Source: Octopus sinensis (taxonomy: Eukaryota). Taken from it: DNA of 64,000 nt. Shown here piece after piece: positions 29,854 through 43,740 of the stretch (its first letter is position 1; the number at the start of each line of letters is the position of its first letter). A program made the translations under genes and the position numbers. The notes beneath the pieces were generated by a model. It was not told the origin of the DNA. It ran no database searches and worked only from the letters and a program-made list of their open reading frames with translations. Location: assembly GCF_006345805.1 (NCBI RefSeq), contig NC_042999.1:80290001-80354000 (forward strand), written 5' to 3'.

Positions 29854-30046
29854 CGTAGATGTACTTGAATAGTAAATGACTTGATCTGAGATAGTGAGGT
29901 GAAACAAAAACAGTTGCAGCGTGGAAGGTGTTTATAAGCCATTTAAAAACACATAAAAACCGTTAGATTCACTTCAATATTTAAATTTAATTTGTCAAAA
30001 TATTTTCGTCGCTTTGAAACCGCGACCTGTTCACTGACAAAATTCC
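29850..30046 (-). mobile_element. PLE terminal repeat-like element inserted in (TA)n
   Basis: About 200 bp of complex sequence bounded by (TA)n on both sides, ending in a hammerhead-like three-way junction (29991-30042). Confidence 0.5.
29991..30042 (-). ncRNA. Hammerhead ribozyme-like motif with G3:C8 covariant core
   Basis: Minus strand reads UUUGUCA-GUGAACA-G-GUCGC-GGUUUCAAA-GCGAC-GAAA-AUAUU-U-UGACAAA. It has a 7-bp stem I, 5-bp stem II, palindromic AAUAUU stem III and a UUU triplet. Confidence 0.6.
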
Positions 30047-31669
30047 ATATATATATGGACGTCAAGACACGCTGAAATGCTCTAATGCTGTAGTAAAAGC
30101 ACATAATTGTATACATATATGCTCACGGAGTTCAATTTGAACGTTCAGTTTCGACTTTTTTCGTAGCCTCTTCAGTAGGAACTGCTCTTTCGGCTATTTC
30201 CTAGTTTAATCCACCGTCAGCATATGTATTTTCCATAAAAAGTTATGAGTGATTTAGCGAATCGTTAATGACTATACAAAAATTGATATAAAGAACCAAG
30301 AACAGGGTTTTATCATCAGGGGAAATTGTGATGGTCGCTAAATATGACTAAGGGCGTTAAGACACCTACACTGCTAATATACAAAATCGTGATATACACA
30401 ATATCACGATTTCTAAGGAATTCTACCTGTACGGTGCTAATCAAGATGTGAACAGTTAGAGAACACTTCCCTCAGATGTTGCTCAGTTCGAAACTGAAAA
30501 TAAAATAGTACGTAACTAATTGATAATGCCTACATCGTGACTCACCAATATTTAATGTACTCTCATCTATCATACGGAAAAGTAAAGACATCATCATCAT
30601 CGTCATCGTCACCACCACCACCGCCACCACCACCACCACTACCACCACCACCACCACCACCACCACCACTACCATCATCATCATCATCATCATCATCATC
30701 TCATCATCATCATCATCATCATCATCATCAATATTATATTTATTATCTGCTAGCCGAATCTTTAGCGCGTCGTACATACTGCTTAGCGGCATTTCTTCGA
30801 ACACTTAACGCTCTCAGACTAAATACTACTTTGATGATCAAGAAAATATCGATCACTAAAGTCGATGTAATCGACTTACATCCTCTCCCTAAAATCGTTG
30901 ACAATTTTACCAAATTTTGAAACCATCGTTATCATCGTCACAATCACTACCGCCTTCATCATCATAGTTACAATCACCACTATTATTATCACCATAGTCA
31001 CCATCCTCCTCATCATCAGCAGCATCGTCACCATCCTCATCGTAATTACCACCATCATCATCATCATCCCTGTCGTCGTTGTCGTCGTCATCATCATCAT
31101 CACCATTTTCTCTTCTTAGGGGTAGACGCATTTTGCACTTCGGAAGACATGAAATATAGTAGATTTGTGGTTGTCATATATATTTCAGTTTCTTGATAAT
31201 CTATTTCACGGAACATGAGTACATTCATTCTAAGAGTATTATTGTCTGGACATTACGTATGAAATCTTTGTCTGGCAATTTTTTTTTCGATGTGGTGCCT
31301 TTTAGCACATTTCAATAAAATAACCTACGTACATAACCACTGTGACACTTCTTACGTCAACGTTCACATTTTCAATATTTCCATACCAAAAACTTAATAA
31401 CTGGACATTTTTCAATGTCAAACAAGCCACAAAAATAACATAATGGATATAATGCTTTTACAAAAGTATTCAGGCTATTCATTCCTACCTTCTTATCACC
31501 ATGCTTTTTTTTGTGCATTATACAATTGCCATTCACCGCATCCATTTATCTTTGGCTTGCTTGCTTCTTTCTGTATTTGCACCTTTTCGTACGAAATGAA
31601 CACTGTGCTTCTATTTTGTTTCTGTAGGGATAGGAAAGCAGTTTATCATGCTTACTGGTTAATTTGTGC

Positions 31670-31975
31670 GGAGGCGCAATGGCCCAGTGGTTAGGGCAGC
31701 GGACTCGCGGTCGGAGGATCGCAGTTTCGATTCCCAGACCGAGCGTTGTGTGTGTTTATTGAGCGAAAACACCTAAAACTTCCACGAGGCTCCGGCAGGG
31801 GGTGGTGGCGACCCCTGTTGTACTCTTTCGCCACAACTTCCTCTCACTCTCTCTTCCTGTTTCTTGAGAAACGCTGCAATGGACTGGCGTCCCGTCCACC
31901 TGGGGGGGGGGTACACATACGCCACAAAAACCAGGAAACCGTGCCCATGAGCCTGGCTAGTCTTGAAAAGGGCGA
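31670..31975 (+). mobile_element. tRNA-derived SINE
   Basis: Pol III A box TGGCCCAGTGG (31680-31690) and B box GTTTCGATTCC (31724-31734) lie in a tRNA-like head. About 240 bp of non-tRNA body follows, including GCAATGGACTGGCGTCCCGTCCA. Confidence 0.85.
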
Positions 31976-33599
31976 GAAAAATAACTGGTTAATTTCGAAG
32001 TAACCAATGTATCGCAGACAGCAGGCATTGACCGACAGTGTTATGGAATTTATCATTTATTGTAATATTCAGGTTTGATACATTGTTTCCATCTATATTT
32101 CTGATGGGATTTTATTCAGAAGCAGTTTTCAAGTCATTATTATTAATGTTAATCATTAAATTTTAGACTTTAGAACCTGATGTAACTTTGTTGCTTGTCA
32201 GAATCGAGTTTATCCTGTTGTTGGGAAATTGTCAGTGGAGAATTTTTAATTACAATGTTTTATTTACAATACTTATTTATTCTCCAGAGAAACGTATTTT
32301 TCTCAACAATCAGTATACCGTTTTCTACATTTACTAAGGGGTTTCACCATAACTAACAAGTGAGATTATGCTGCACTGATGAAGTCACAACGTGACCAAA
32401 ACACGTCCTGCGATTTCTACCGCACGTAACAAATACTTAAAATAGTAGTAACCAATAAATTATAATTAATTCCATTACCACAGTTATTTCTAGTTACATT
32501 TTTCATGCTCTATGCATTAAATATGTTAACACTAATTTAACTTACTTTTTTCATGTGAATGGCGTATATGAATCATTTATTTTCTTTTAATTACAATGCT
32601 GAGTTGATTTTCTCGATTCTTTGATGTTTCACTTTTTTAATAATTTTACTTTTATCTTATACTTAAACGTGTGTATATGTACGTTTTATGGTAAATATAT
32701 TTTTTGTATAGTGTATATGTAGTTAATATATTTATTTCTTCTGAATATTTTCTATCTTTTTGCCAAATGAATACAGTTTCTTGTGACAGATTTACCTGCT
32801 TATATTGAATGTTGTAGTTCCTGTTGTTTAGTACCGCATTATACCCGATCTCGTGCATTCATGATCAAGTGTGTCCCAGTAGTGACAAGTCCATAGTTTT
32901 AGGTGCAAGGAACTACATTGTCATACCAAAATAACGATCTTGCAAGTACATGTTCAACGCTATCGCTAATTGATTTAGGCAACTATGAATTCTCGAGCAT
33001 ACATAGACAATCTCAAACCTAGACCCAACAAAATATTGAAGACGTGACAACTGGAGAGAGAGTTCCAGGCTCATTGTAATTATTTTCAACAGTATGAAGT
33101 GCAACGTAAAATGAGTTGATTTGATCAAAGACACAGCACACCGCAATGAGCAGGAATCGAACCCTAATAATCGTCAGTTCAACGACCTTAATCACCAAGC
33201 CATGGCCTTGTTGAAGATGATCAAGTATGACATGAGATGATAGTTCTATTTATTTATTTATATATAATCTAGTATTTTATTTTCGGTGTTAGAGAGCTGA
33301 TCAGTCTGCCTCGATTGAAGATGGGACCACTAGATTTCTCATCCCTGGATTCTGTATACATATCACTGTTACAAAGAGAAACACACACAAATTATTTTAA
33401 AAAAGCATTCCCAAATGTTACAGTGAGCGGCAAATTGTTTAAATCGTCTCCATAAGAAAGCTAAAGGTTTTAACCGCTCCAAACTTGCAGTCACGTCATG
33501 TAGAATTTAGGGCTGCGAAAATGAATATGAACTTTGAGAACGAATCTTGCTGGAATAATCCTTTCTATTTATTTTATATAGTTTTTGTCCTCTTTTATT

Positions 33600-34400
33600 G
33601 AAGCTAGATTTCATTTACCTATGAAGAATGTGGAATAGTGACTGAATGCACTAAACCTCTTGGTTTATTCAGGCACCTTACCTTTTTTGTTTCAATTCCT
33701 GAAAACTTAGAATATTGTTTACTTTCTTAATAGTTTAAACACATTTTTCCCCACACAGCATTTATTTATTTAATTTATTTATAATCCATGTATATGTTTT
33801 ATTTGTTGTAATATCTCACGTGGTAGAAATGATGTGATTGTCTTATTTTCAAGGCCTCTAGCTCTCTTCACTTTTGGTAGGAAGATTGTTTGGACTTGTC
33901 TCAGTCAGCTAGATTTATAAGATAAGGATATTATTTTATTGAAGCAGTAAAACTCATATAAGTGTATTACATAATACTGTTTTATCCAGTAATATTGGAT
34001 TGTATCTATTCCATATTCTAACCTTAACTTCTATTATGTCTGCTGTAGTATTAACCGCCCATACTTGTGATAATACATGGATAAATCATTCTTGTTGTTC
34101 ACTCCATGGTTTAGTTATTTGTTTTCTTTTTAACTTCCTATATTATTATCCAAAATATTTTTATTTCTTTGTCTGAAGATTCTGTACCTTAATGGGTTTT
34201 CTGTTTAATTTCCTCTGAAAGTTTTGTTTACCTTCTCAGATGATTTTCTTTTCTTAGAGAGTTCGACATCATCAGCCTGAGTTACTATAAAAAGCTCTGT
34301 CTTACTTTATATCATTTATAATTATTATATCTATTTTGTTTTCTTTTCTGTGTCCTTATTTCTAATTCTAATTAACTTGTATGATAAGGACGCTAGCATT
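33600..34400 (-). mobile_element. Highly degraded R4/RLE-type RT N-terminal region
   Basis: Minus-strand fragments DKEIKIFW, GIDTIQYYWI and LTETSPNNLPTKSEES*RP resemble PD.EE..KFW, GPDGIQNYWIK and LTEG.T.LLPKSEET..P.NYRPIT. Confidence 0.4.
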
Positions 34401-34829
34401 TATGTTAAAGATAACCAGCTTTTTGTGTCATGTATTCAGTTTACATGAAAATTATCTCTTCAAATGCTTGTTTAATTTCACTTATCACGTTTTCTATGCG
34501 TCTGTATTCATCTGTTTGTATAGCACTAGACTTTTTTTACTACTCCTATTTTACAGTGCTATAGCAGTTATATTGTATTGAAGCGTTCGTTGATTCTATT
34601 GTAGTTACATTACAATGTGCTGTACACCATATTTTTGTTTTGTTCTGTTCTTAGGTAAATCGTGGTGTTATTTGTATTTTTTTAATAAAAGTCATTAAAT
34701 GTTTTCCCATACAGTTTCTTATTAAAAATATTCTTATCTTTCGTAATATTATGCTATTTTCATTTATGGATGAGACTCAAAATTGAAATTTCGCCAAGTT
34801 TGGTCAGTCGATGCTGTGAAGTTACAAAA

Positions 34830-35330
34830 AACTAAAATTAAACACGTCAAGAATTTTCGTGCCCCGAGTCTCTAATTTCATGCTTTTGTGATCTCGGAAT
34901 ACTCTGATGTTAACCACTTGTGTGAGACACAAATTGGTAACATTTTTACTATTGCTTTGCCTCAGCAGAATAACGTACGTTTCTACGACATTGTTTCCCT
35001 TCACACTTGGTAGACCTCTGGCTTGTTATTATTCTGTTTATTTTTCAGTTCAACAGAGGTGATGAATACCCTTGCGTCATCTCTTTTAAGAACATAGGTC
35101 TCACACTAGCATCAACGAACGAGGGATACCTGAGAACTTTTCAATGTTTCTGAAGAAATCGGATCGTTACCTATGGTTATAGCTTGACTATCATTCCCAA
35201 GGTCATTGTCACAGAACAGTTAATTTTCTTTGCAACCAGCATGGAAATTCTCATCTGCATGTTCAGACACCATTAAACCCACCACTGCTAGCCAGCTAAA
35301 CAGAGAGGACCATTCGAAGATTAAAATCTA
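34830..35330 (-). mobile_element. Highly degraded RTE-like LINE 3' region
   Basis: Minus-strand SSGG and CETYVLKRDDARVF resemble the SSGGGC and GSETW....D..RL segments of RTE ORFs. Confidence 0.35.
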
Positions 35331-36587
35331 CAGTCAATTTGTAAACATTTGAATGCGTATTGCTCTAAAGGCAAGGTTTCATTGAGTGTTACACCTCAAA
35401 AGCAAGTGTTAAGAATTCTTTTAAACATTATTTGTTGCTACTTAATTGATTCTAAGTGACATTCATTTACACGGCACCCTAATTCATTAGTGCTACTGTA
35501 AGACACTAGTATAGAATAGTATACTCCGAGACTCTGCGATAGTTGAAAATAATTATGCTAGTCCATTGGGATAAATTATTCTGTATGTGATTGAATCAAT
35601 ACATGTTGGTTAGATTATATATAAAGATTTTGTAAAATGTGAATGCTACCAAAATTTTCTTATAGTCACCAATTGAGTATGGAAATAGGAAATTGTAAAA
35701 TACCCATAGCAGAAACAGTGGAAACGGAGAAATCTGACACGTTAGATGCTTTTAGAAAAGGGACCGTTGTCAACAACACAATAGTTGCAAGCATCGCCGT
35801 TTCTTCGGAGTCTAATATGCAGCATTTCTCTTATATAAAGCGAAACACAAACCATGAATGCTTTTGCCTGATGTGCAGTGACGAGTTACAACATCAGAGC
35901 TGTCACACGTCCTCTGTTTTTATATCAATATTTCATTTATAATAAGGTAAAAGTAATGAAATCACAGCAAGGGCCTTAATCATTGTGCATTTTATGTCTC
36001 ATCCAACTTTCAGTGTATTTGTCTCAAGTCAAAAAATAATTCATATGGGTTCACAAATCAGTGAGAGTAACTGACAAAATGCATTGCGGCGTTGTGATGT
36101 ATCTTTTTATATCTTCTAAGTTTAATTTTATTTGCCGTTAAGACTTTGCTTTTCATTCTTCAGGAATCGATAAAATACGCACGAATCAAGTATTTGAGGT
36201 TTATCTAATTGACTGCAATGCTATCTTAAATTTTTGTTCAATTGATTGCTGTTCTACCTTTAGTGTGTGTTCATGTGTAAATGTTAAAAAAAAACCCAAT
36301 ATCATTAATACGATTATAATTATTTGCTGAATGAAATAGTGTGCTTGTGTGCACGAGGTGGGGGCAGATATTAAGGTGAAGGAATGGATACAACTATTTT
36401 CAAAATTTTACTTACGTCCCTTTACACACTGACTTCAAAATCATGATGATTGACTTTTCTTTCATCTTTATTTAGGGGGTCGATAAAATAAGTACTTATT
36501 CTGTACAGAGTCGATGAGATCGATCACACTCCGAATGTCAAATTGAGAAATCATCATGATTACTTTGTCTATATATTAAACGTCGTC

Positions 36588-36621
<34 letters not shown>

Positions 36622-37324
36622 TGATAGTATTAGCAATGTTGGCGTTATTGCTAGCCATTTTCCCTTCTTTGTGTTTGTGCAGTGTGTTTTTGTTGTTGAT
36701 TTGTGTTTATATTTTGGCGTCTTTTGTTCCTTGACACTTCAATATTTTCACTTTGGCTTGATGATAAATTGGTTCTAATCTACGACAGTTGAATATTAGT
36801 CGCGTTTACCACCATCACCATCGCCATCAACCCACCACCACCACCACCACAAACATCGCTATCGCTACTACAACTACTACCAAAACTAGTATCACCACTA
36901 CGAGTACGACTACCAGTACTACAATCACTAGGATCACCACTACCACCACCACCACCACCACCACCACCACCACAACGACGCCTTGCAGCACGAACGCCAC
37001 CACCATCAATATTATCACCACTACCACCACCACCACTAGTTCAGAACCACCTTCAGCATCACCGGCACTGTAACCAAAATAACACCACCACTAACAAAAA
37101 CTCTGTCATTCCGGGGGTTAAAAAAATGAGGAGAAAGAAAGACAAATGTATCTTTGGGCCAAATTTGATAAACTCCACAAAAACCTATATATATAATAAA
37201 AAGAAAAAAAACAACAAAGAAGGAACTAAAAATTAAAATAAAAACAATGAAACAAACAACGAAAGAAAGAAAGAAACTAAGAAACAAACGAACGAATGAA
37301 CGAAATGCGAAAAATGATCGAACG

Positions 37325-37429
37325 GAAAGAAACAATAATAACAATGATGAAAATAATAATAATAATAATAATAATAAAGATAATAATAATAATAATAATA
37401 ATAATAATATAATAATAATAATAATAATA

Positions 37430-37488
<59 letters not shown>

Positions 37489-37552
37489 TAATAATAATAA
37501 TAATAATAATATAATAATAATATAATATAATAATAATAATAATAATAATAAG

Positions 37553-37616
<64 letters not shown>

Positions 37617-37670
37617 TAATAATAATAATAATAATAATGATGATAGTAATAATAATAATGATAATAACAG
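37325..37670. repeat. (TAA)n microsatellite array
   Basis: Directly visible. Similar arrays lie at 21400-21650 and 61080-61400. Confidence 0.95.
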
Positions 37671-37802
37671 CAAAGAAAAAAACATACACACAAAGAAAAT
37701 AGAAGTAATGTAAAGAAACAAATCAACAAACACAGAAAATGGATGACAAGCTTATGAGTCTGGCTGTCAACATCTTATGAAGATTGAAACACTAAACAAA
37801 AC

Positions 37803-37871
<69 letters not shown>

Positions 37872-38332
37872 TTGCTGTTGATGATGATGATGATGATGAT
37901 GGTGATGCTGGTGGTGGTGGTAATGATGGGAAGAAAAAGAAGACGCTGACGACAACGACGTCGACGACGAAGACGAAAAGAAGAAGAAGAAGAAGAAGAA
38001 GAAGAAGAAGAAGAAGAAGAAGAAGAAGAGAAGAAGAAGAAGAACAACAACACCACCAACAACAACAATAAAAAAACGTGGGTGTGTGGTGGACAGTTGA
38101 GTACGAATGTTATGTATACGTACTTAAATATCTCTCTCTGGGTTCACGTCGGTTGTGACGAGTGCGGTGTGTAAAGTATACATACATACATACATACATA
38201 CATAATTATATCTATATGTGTGAGAGGGTGGGGGTAGGATGTTGGTAGGTGTGTTTACGTATGTACATAAGTGTGTAACGTATCTATGTATCTATATATC
38301 TCACTTTTGATGTGCCTAATTTGTGGAGAGAC

Positions 38333-38408
<76 letters not shown>

Positions 38409-38467
38409 GTCCTCTCATATTTCTGTACGTATGAAGTTTTATGTATGCGCATCTTTGTATATTTATG

Positions 38468-38500
<33 letters not shown>

Positions 38501-38906
38501 TATATATGTGTGTGTCTACATGTATATATGTATATGTGTGTGTACGTACATATACAATGTACATATATGTTTATAAGTGTACGTATGAGCGTGTTTCATA
38601 ATTGTGCTGTGGAGAGCAGCGTGTGAGTTTTATATCTGAGAATTCAATCTATATGTGTATGAGTAGGCGTGTCAGTTTTTAAGTATGCATAAGTATGCGC
38701 AAGAGAGTGTTAATGTGCTTAAATTTATGTAACTCGAGTGACGGTATATGCGTGTGTATGTTTCTGAATTTACGTGTTTGCGTAGGAGTGTTAATGTGAA
38801 TGTACACAATTTGTTGAAAAATATCTATCTGTCTATCTATCTATCTGTCTATCTATCTATCTATCTATCTATCACTCTCTCTCACTCTCTCTCTCTCTCT
38901 ATCTCA

Positions 38907-38938
<32 letters not shown>

Positions 38939-39567
38939 GTATATGTGTATGTCTGTATGAGGGTGTATGTCGGTTTGTGTACAGCTGTGTATGCATCTCT
39001 TTCCATATATGTGAGACGAGTGAAGTGCTTGTGAATTGAATGTGGGTGTGCGTATAAGCGTCTTATTTGGAAAGTGTGGACGAGTTGAAAATATAGTGTA
39101 TGTGTAGGCATGAATCCACGTGTCCACCGAAAAGTGTGCGTATTTGTGTGTGTGTGTGTGTGTGTGAGTGTACATGTGAGTGTGTGTGTACATGTGAGTG
39201 TGTGTGTGTATGTGTGTGTGTGTGTGTGTGAGTGCGAGTATGTATGTGGTGATGTGTCTGCGTCTGTGCGTGAAATGTGGAGGCTTGAAGAGTTCAGCGT
39301 AAATTTTTACTCCTGCTTACGCAGTCTAGAAGACTTATGTAAATGTATGTGTTTTTGTGTGTTTATGTGAGTGTGTGCGTGTGTGTTTGTGTGTGTGTGT
39401 GTGGTGTGCTTATGAGCACCCGTGCTTTTATTTGTGTGTCTGTGTTTTACTTCGGGCTGACTATAAGATTATTTGCGTGTTTGTACCTGTTTGCATCAGT
39501 GTAAGGTCTCAAGTCCGTGTTCTATGCATGCATATGTGCGTCTCGTTGTGTGGTGTGCGAAATGTGT

Positions 39568-39612
<45 letters not shown>

Positions 39613-40107
39613 TACACGAATCTAATATTTGTTTGTGTCGATGTCAAAACGCGTTAAAAATGTTAATATGGCAATATTTGTTGATGTATGTATGTATTGA
39701 TATGTGAATGTATGAAAATGGTCGCCATTTTTCAAAGTGTGTAAATGTATATGTCGACTTTGTTCTTCGTTTTACTGGTATGGTTTATGTTACTTCTACG
39801 TAGATATTCACCTGTATACGCTATGTATTAGTCACTGAACCTCTATGTATGCGTGTCTGAGAATATGTGCAAGTTTTTGTACGATTTTCTGTAGTTATGC
39901 TTAAATATAAATAAGTATATGTAAGGAAGTGGACGAAGGCGAAGTGAATGTGGCGTGAAAAGCTATGTGATTGGTTAAAAATAAGATAAACAAATAAAAA
40001 AAACAAAGAAAGATAATAGTTGAAATAAATTAGAACTGGTAAATTTAGAAGATGAATGACATATAAACATTTGAATTTATGGCTAACTATATAGTACATA
40101 AATACAT

Positions 40108-40165
<58 letters not shown>

Positions 40166-40244
40166 GTATATATATATATATATATGTGCGTGTGTGTATG
40201 TGAATGAAAACACAAGTCGAGGCGTAAACATATACATTCTCTCA

Positions 40245-40400
<156 letters not shown>

Positions 40401-41595
40401 CTACACATATATACACACACATGTACATATCTATCCATCTGTTTATCTGTATACATCTATATAAGCATACATATATATACACATATGAATACATCACAGG
40501 GACACTATGTTTCTGCAAAAATAGCTATGAACTTCATCAACTGAAATTAAATAAACGTCGCCTTGTATATTCCCTGACTTAAAATAATTATAAGAATATA
40601 GTCACAACATATCAAGAGGAGATGAAAGTTCATAAGGCTTCATATATCGTCAATAATTAACCGCACAATTAACTCCACAAAGCCCAGCAACAAACACAAT
40701 CCCGGTGGTACTAAGACCTATCGATAGTTTTTAAGGTACATCAAGATATCCATTTCGATGCAGAAACGTATGAAAATGCTTGATAAATTATTCTCTTATC
40801 TTTTACTTCTTTTAATTATTTGATTGTGGTCATGCAAGGCACCAGTTGAAGGGTTTTAGTCGAAAACATCAACCCCAGAACTTATTCTTTTGAACCAGGT
40901 ACTTAGTCTGTCCGTCTATTTTGCTGAACCGTTAAGTTACGGTTCATAAACACACTAACATACGCACACACGCTTGTGTGCATATACGGCGGGCTTCTTT
41001 TAGTTTCCGTCTACCCAATCCATTCACAAGGATTTGGTTGGCTCGAAGCTATATTAGAAAGCACTTGCTCAAGATGCCATGCAATGGGACTGCATTCGGG
41101 ATCGTGTAGTCGAGAAACAATTTTTCTTTTACCACACAGCCACGCCCCCACCTTTAGTTGAATGCGTTGAATTATTTTGACAAATTGGATCAAAATTCAA
41201 GTATAGATATATCCAAATAAATGCGTTTCTCTTTGCCACGTCGCATCTCTGCAATATGGCAGATTATGCAAAAACAGAGACGTGAGCTTATGAAGGAAAA
41301 TTAAGATTTAAGTCGATCTGAATTTTCCGCCAACGCGTGGATGTATCTTTTCCAAAGGACACCAGTTTGAAGAAACAGGATGTTGTCATAGTATAAATAT
41401 TCCTTTTCGAATATTTATACCCTGGACTGTTTTTTACATTAAGATATTTTTATTCATTCAGTTAGTTATTCATGATATACCCCTCTAAAAATTAGAGTAT
41501 CAAGTACTCTTGGCTAGAGTACAGACACATACAGATACTTATATACACATGCGTTCGCGTACTCTCTCGTGCGCAAGCGCACAGACACGTATACT

Positions 41596-41628
<33 letters not shown>

Positions 41629-41679
41629 ACTCACACGTATGAGTCTCTGTAGCATGTTTTGTTTTTTGGTCATCTACTA

Positions 41680-42250
41680 TCACTCCAAACAGTGTATGGA
41701 TGAATCCCATTCCGATAGCATAGCAAATATTTTTCTCTTTGCTCTCAGGTATAGTCTTTCTATATGTTTCCCTTCCTCTCTGTCGCTTGTATCATCCATA
41801 AAATGTGTAGTGGAGGCAGTATGATGTTTTGTTTGATTTTCATTTCTTCCTACTAGGTGGTTTTTTTTACCTATCAATGAACACATCATATTACTGAGTG
41901 GGATAGCGAAACCAGAAGATTTGATGGTCTTTTCTTACTTCCTTAGCATGCTGTATGTAACTCCTACAAACCTAGAGATAATCAACACAGCCTCAAAATT
42001 TCGTCACGCTAACCCTCTCTAATTGGAGATAGCTATGTTCCAATTAAGTGTTAGTACTCAGCGTGTCCTTTTGGGCCACAATTCATGAGAGCCTTATACT
42101 CCACACCGAGAGAAGTTATTTGAACGGAATTCATCAAATTATGCTCTGTCTTCCACAGTAAGACAAAGGAAAGGTAGTATCAGGCACTCATCCTATATCT
42201 CGGTTCTTTATCTGGCCCTTACTACAACTGATTTGCCAATGCGTGCACAC
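41680..42250 (-). mobile_element. Possible degraded RLE-type LINE fragment
   Basis: Minus-strand SGFAIPL...IERLYLRAKRK resembles the FAIP and DRLYL.R motifs. The match is weak. Confidence 0.3.
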
Positions 42251-43740
42251 GCCCTGTTTTGTATTAGATACTGTTGTTTTCTCCGCTACATTTAGTTTTT
42301 GTTTTCTTCACAAACAGCTTGAACCGTTTGACTATGGGTACGAAATACTGAACTTGATTTCAGTTTCAAAGAAACGGAACTCCGTAAATTCGATGTTGGG
42401 GATGATCATAATAATGTATTGAGTACTGAATGTGTAACTGGCTTCCACGGTCTTCGTTAGGTATGTTTGAAAAACTCTATTACATTTCCTTAAATTACTC
42501 GATTATAAAAGAGTTGTAAGAAGTTCTGTAAAAGGTAAAATAAGAGAGATCCGACTGTTATTTCTTGTAAATCGAGCGACTGCAGCACAGAAACCCCTTT
42601 GCTGATGTACATATTAAGTTTTTTTTATATATAATATTAGCATTATCATATTACCGAAAATTAGGGTTTTTGAAATCCATAGTACTTCAACCTTGGTTTA
42701 AACAGTAGTGCGTTTCCTTGTTTGCAGGATTTCGTATTAAATGTATTTAGATATTTCTTTTGCTGAAATGTAAAAGAGAACTTAGAAGTGAGTGGTTTCA
42801 AAAGCCTTTTCCCACTGTTCACAAAGGCATACTGTGGAAATGACATTAATATTTCATTTTGGTTTTAAGAAAAACTTTGAAAAGAAAGGAGATAGAAATA
42901 AGAATTTATTGTGCGCATGCGTATATGCGAATTACTTAAACGTACAGGCATACACGCGCGCACACATTCAGACGTGTATATATATGTATATATATATATA
43001 TATTATATAAATGCGTATGTGTGTGAGTGAGAGAGAGAGAGAGAGAAAGAGAGCGCGAATGAGAGAAAGAAAAGGTATGTCTATATGTTTATGTGTTTAC
43101 GTCAAGGATTGTATGAGACAGACAAAGGGATTAGTTGTAGATAAGTATCTTTTACAAAATAAAGGAAAAATAATAAAGAATAAACAAAAATGATAGCGTC
43201 GTAGATAAATTACGCTGGGATATATCACTCAATTATTTATATTCATTCAAAAGGGATTATTCATTTGTTTATGGATTTCGTTACTAGTTTCTAATGCATT
43301 GACGTAAAACAAAATTAATTAAACAACTTTACAAGCCAAGCAACGAAAGCGACAGAGTTATAAGAAGAAAGGAATGAAAAGGTGATGGCTTTGTAAAGAC
43401 AAGATATCCTATGAATTCTGGTCCTCTCAGACGGGTTTGTCTAAACAGCAACGAAGATATGGTTTTTAGACATTTCTTGATATTCAAATGTATAGCAACA
43501 TAAAGATGAGAATAGTTCAAAAGATGAAGAAAGTGTGGCTACCTAGTGAAATGAAAAAAAATTACGTAGAATATTCAAGTGCACGAAAAATAAAATATAA
43601 TAAAAAGAATGTTGTATATTTCCATATATTGGTGCGGAATATCTTGGCATATTTTTTGTCTCTGAGCTTCTCAAGAAATTGTTGGAACATGTCAAGATCA
43701 ATTTATTTCTGTCGTATATTTTTTTTTCTCAGCAAATTTG

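Noticed and set aside
30900-31105. Regularly spaced repeats resembling an array or CRISPR
   Set aside because: It is a degenerate (CAT/CAC/CGT)n trinucleotide tract with no repeat-spacer structure and no cas genes, in a eukaryotic context.
31670-31742. tRNA gene
   Set aside because: The cloverleaf is imperfect, no terminator follows and it continues into a SINE body.
35643-35942. 99-aa non-repetitive ORF as a host exon
   Set aside because: KSDTLDAFRKGTVV resembles a decayed Tc1 transposase N-terminus (cf. DLSDFQRGQIV at about 2184). There is no other gene evidence.
36140-36200. Strong acceptor plus short exon (TTTTTCATTCTTCAG|GAATCG...)
   Set aside because: It derives from the common SINE block GACTTTGCCTTTCATCC..GGGTCGATAAAATAAGTAC.
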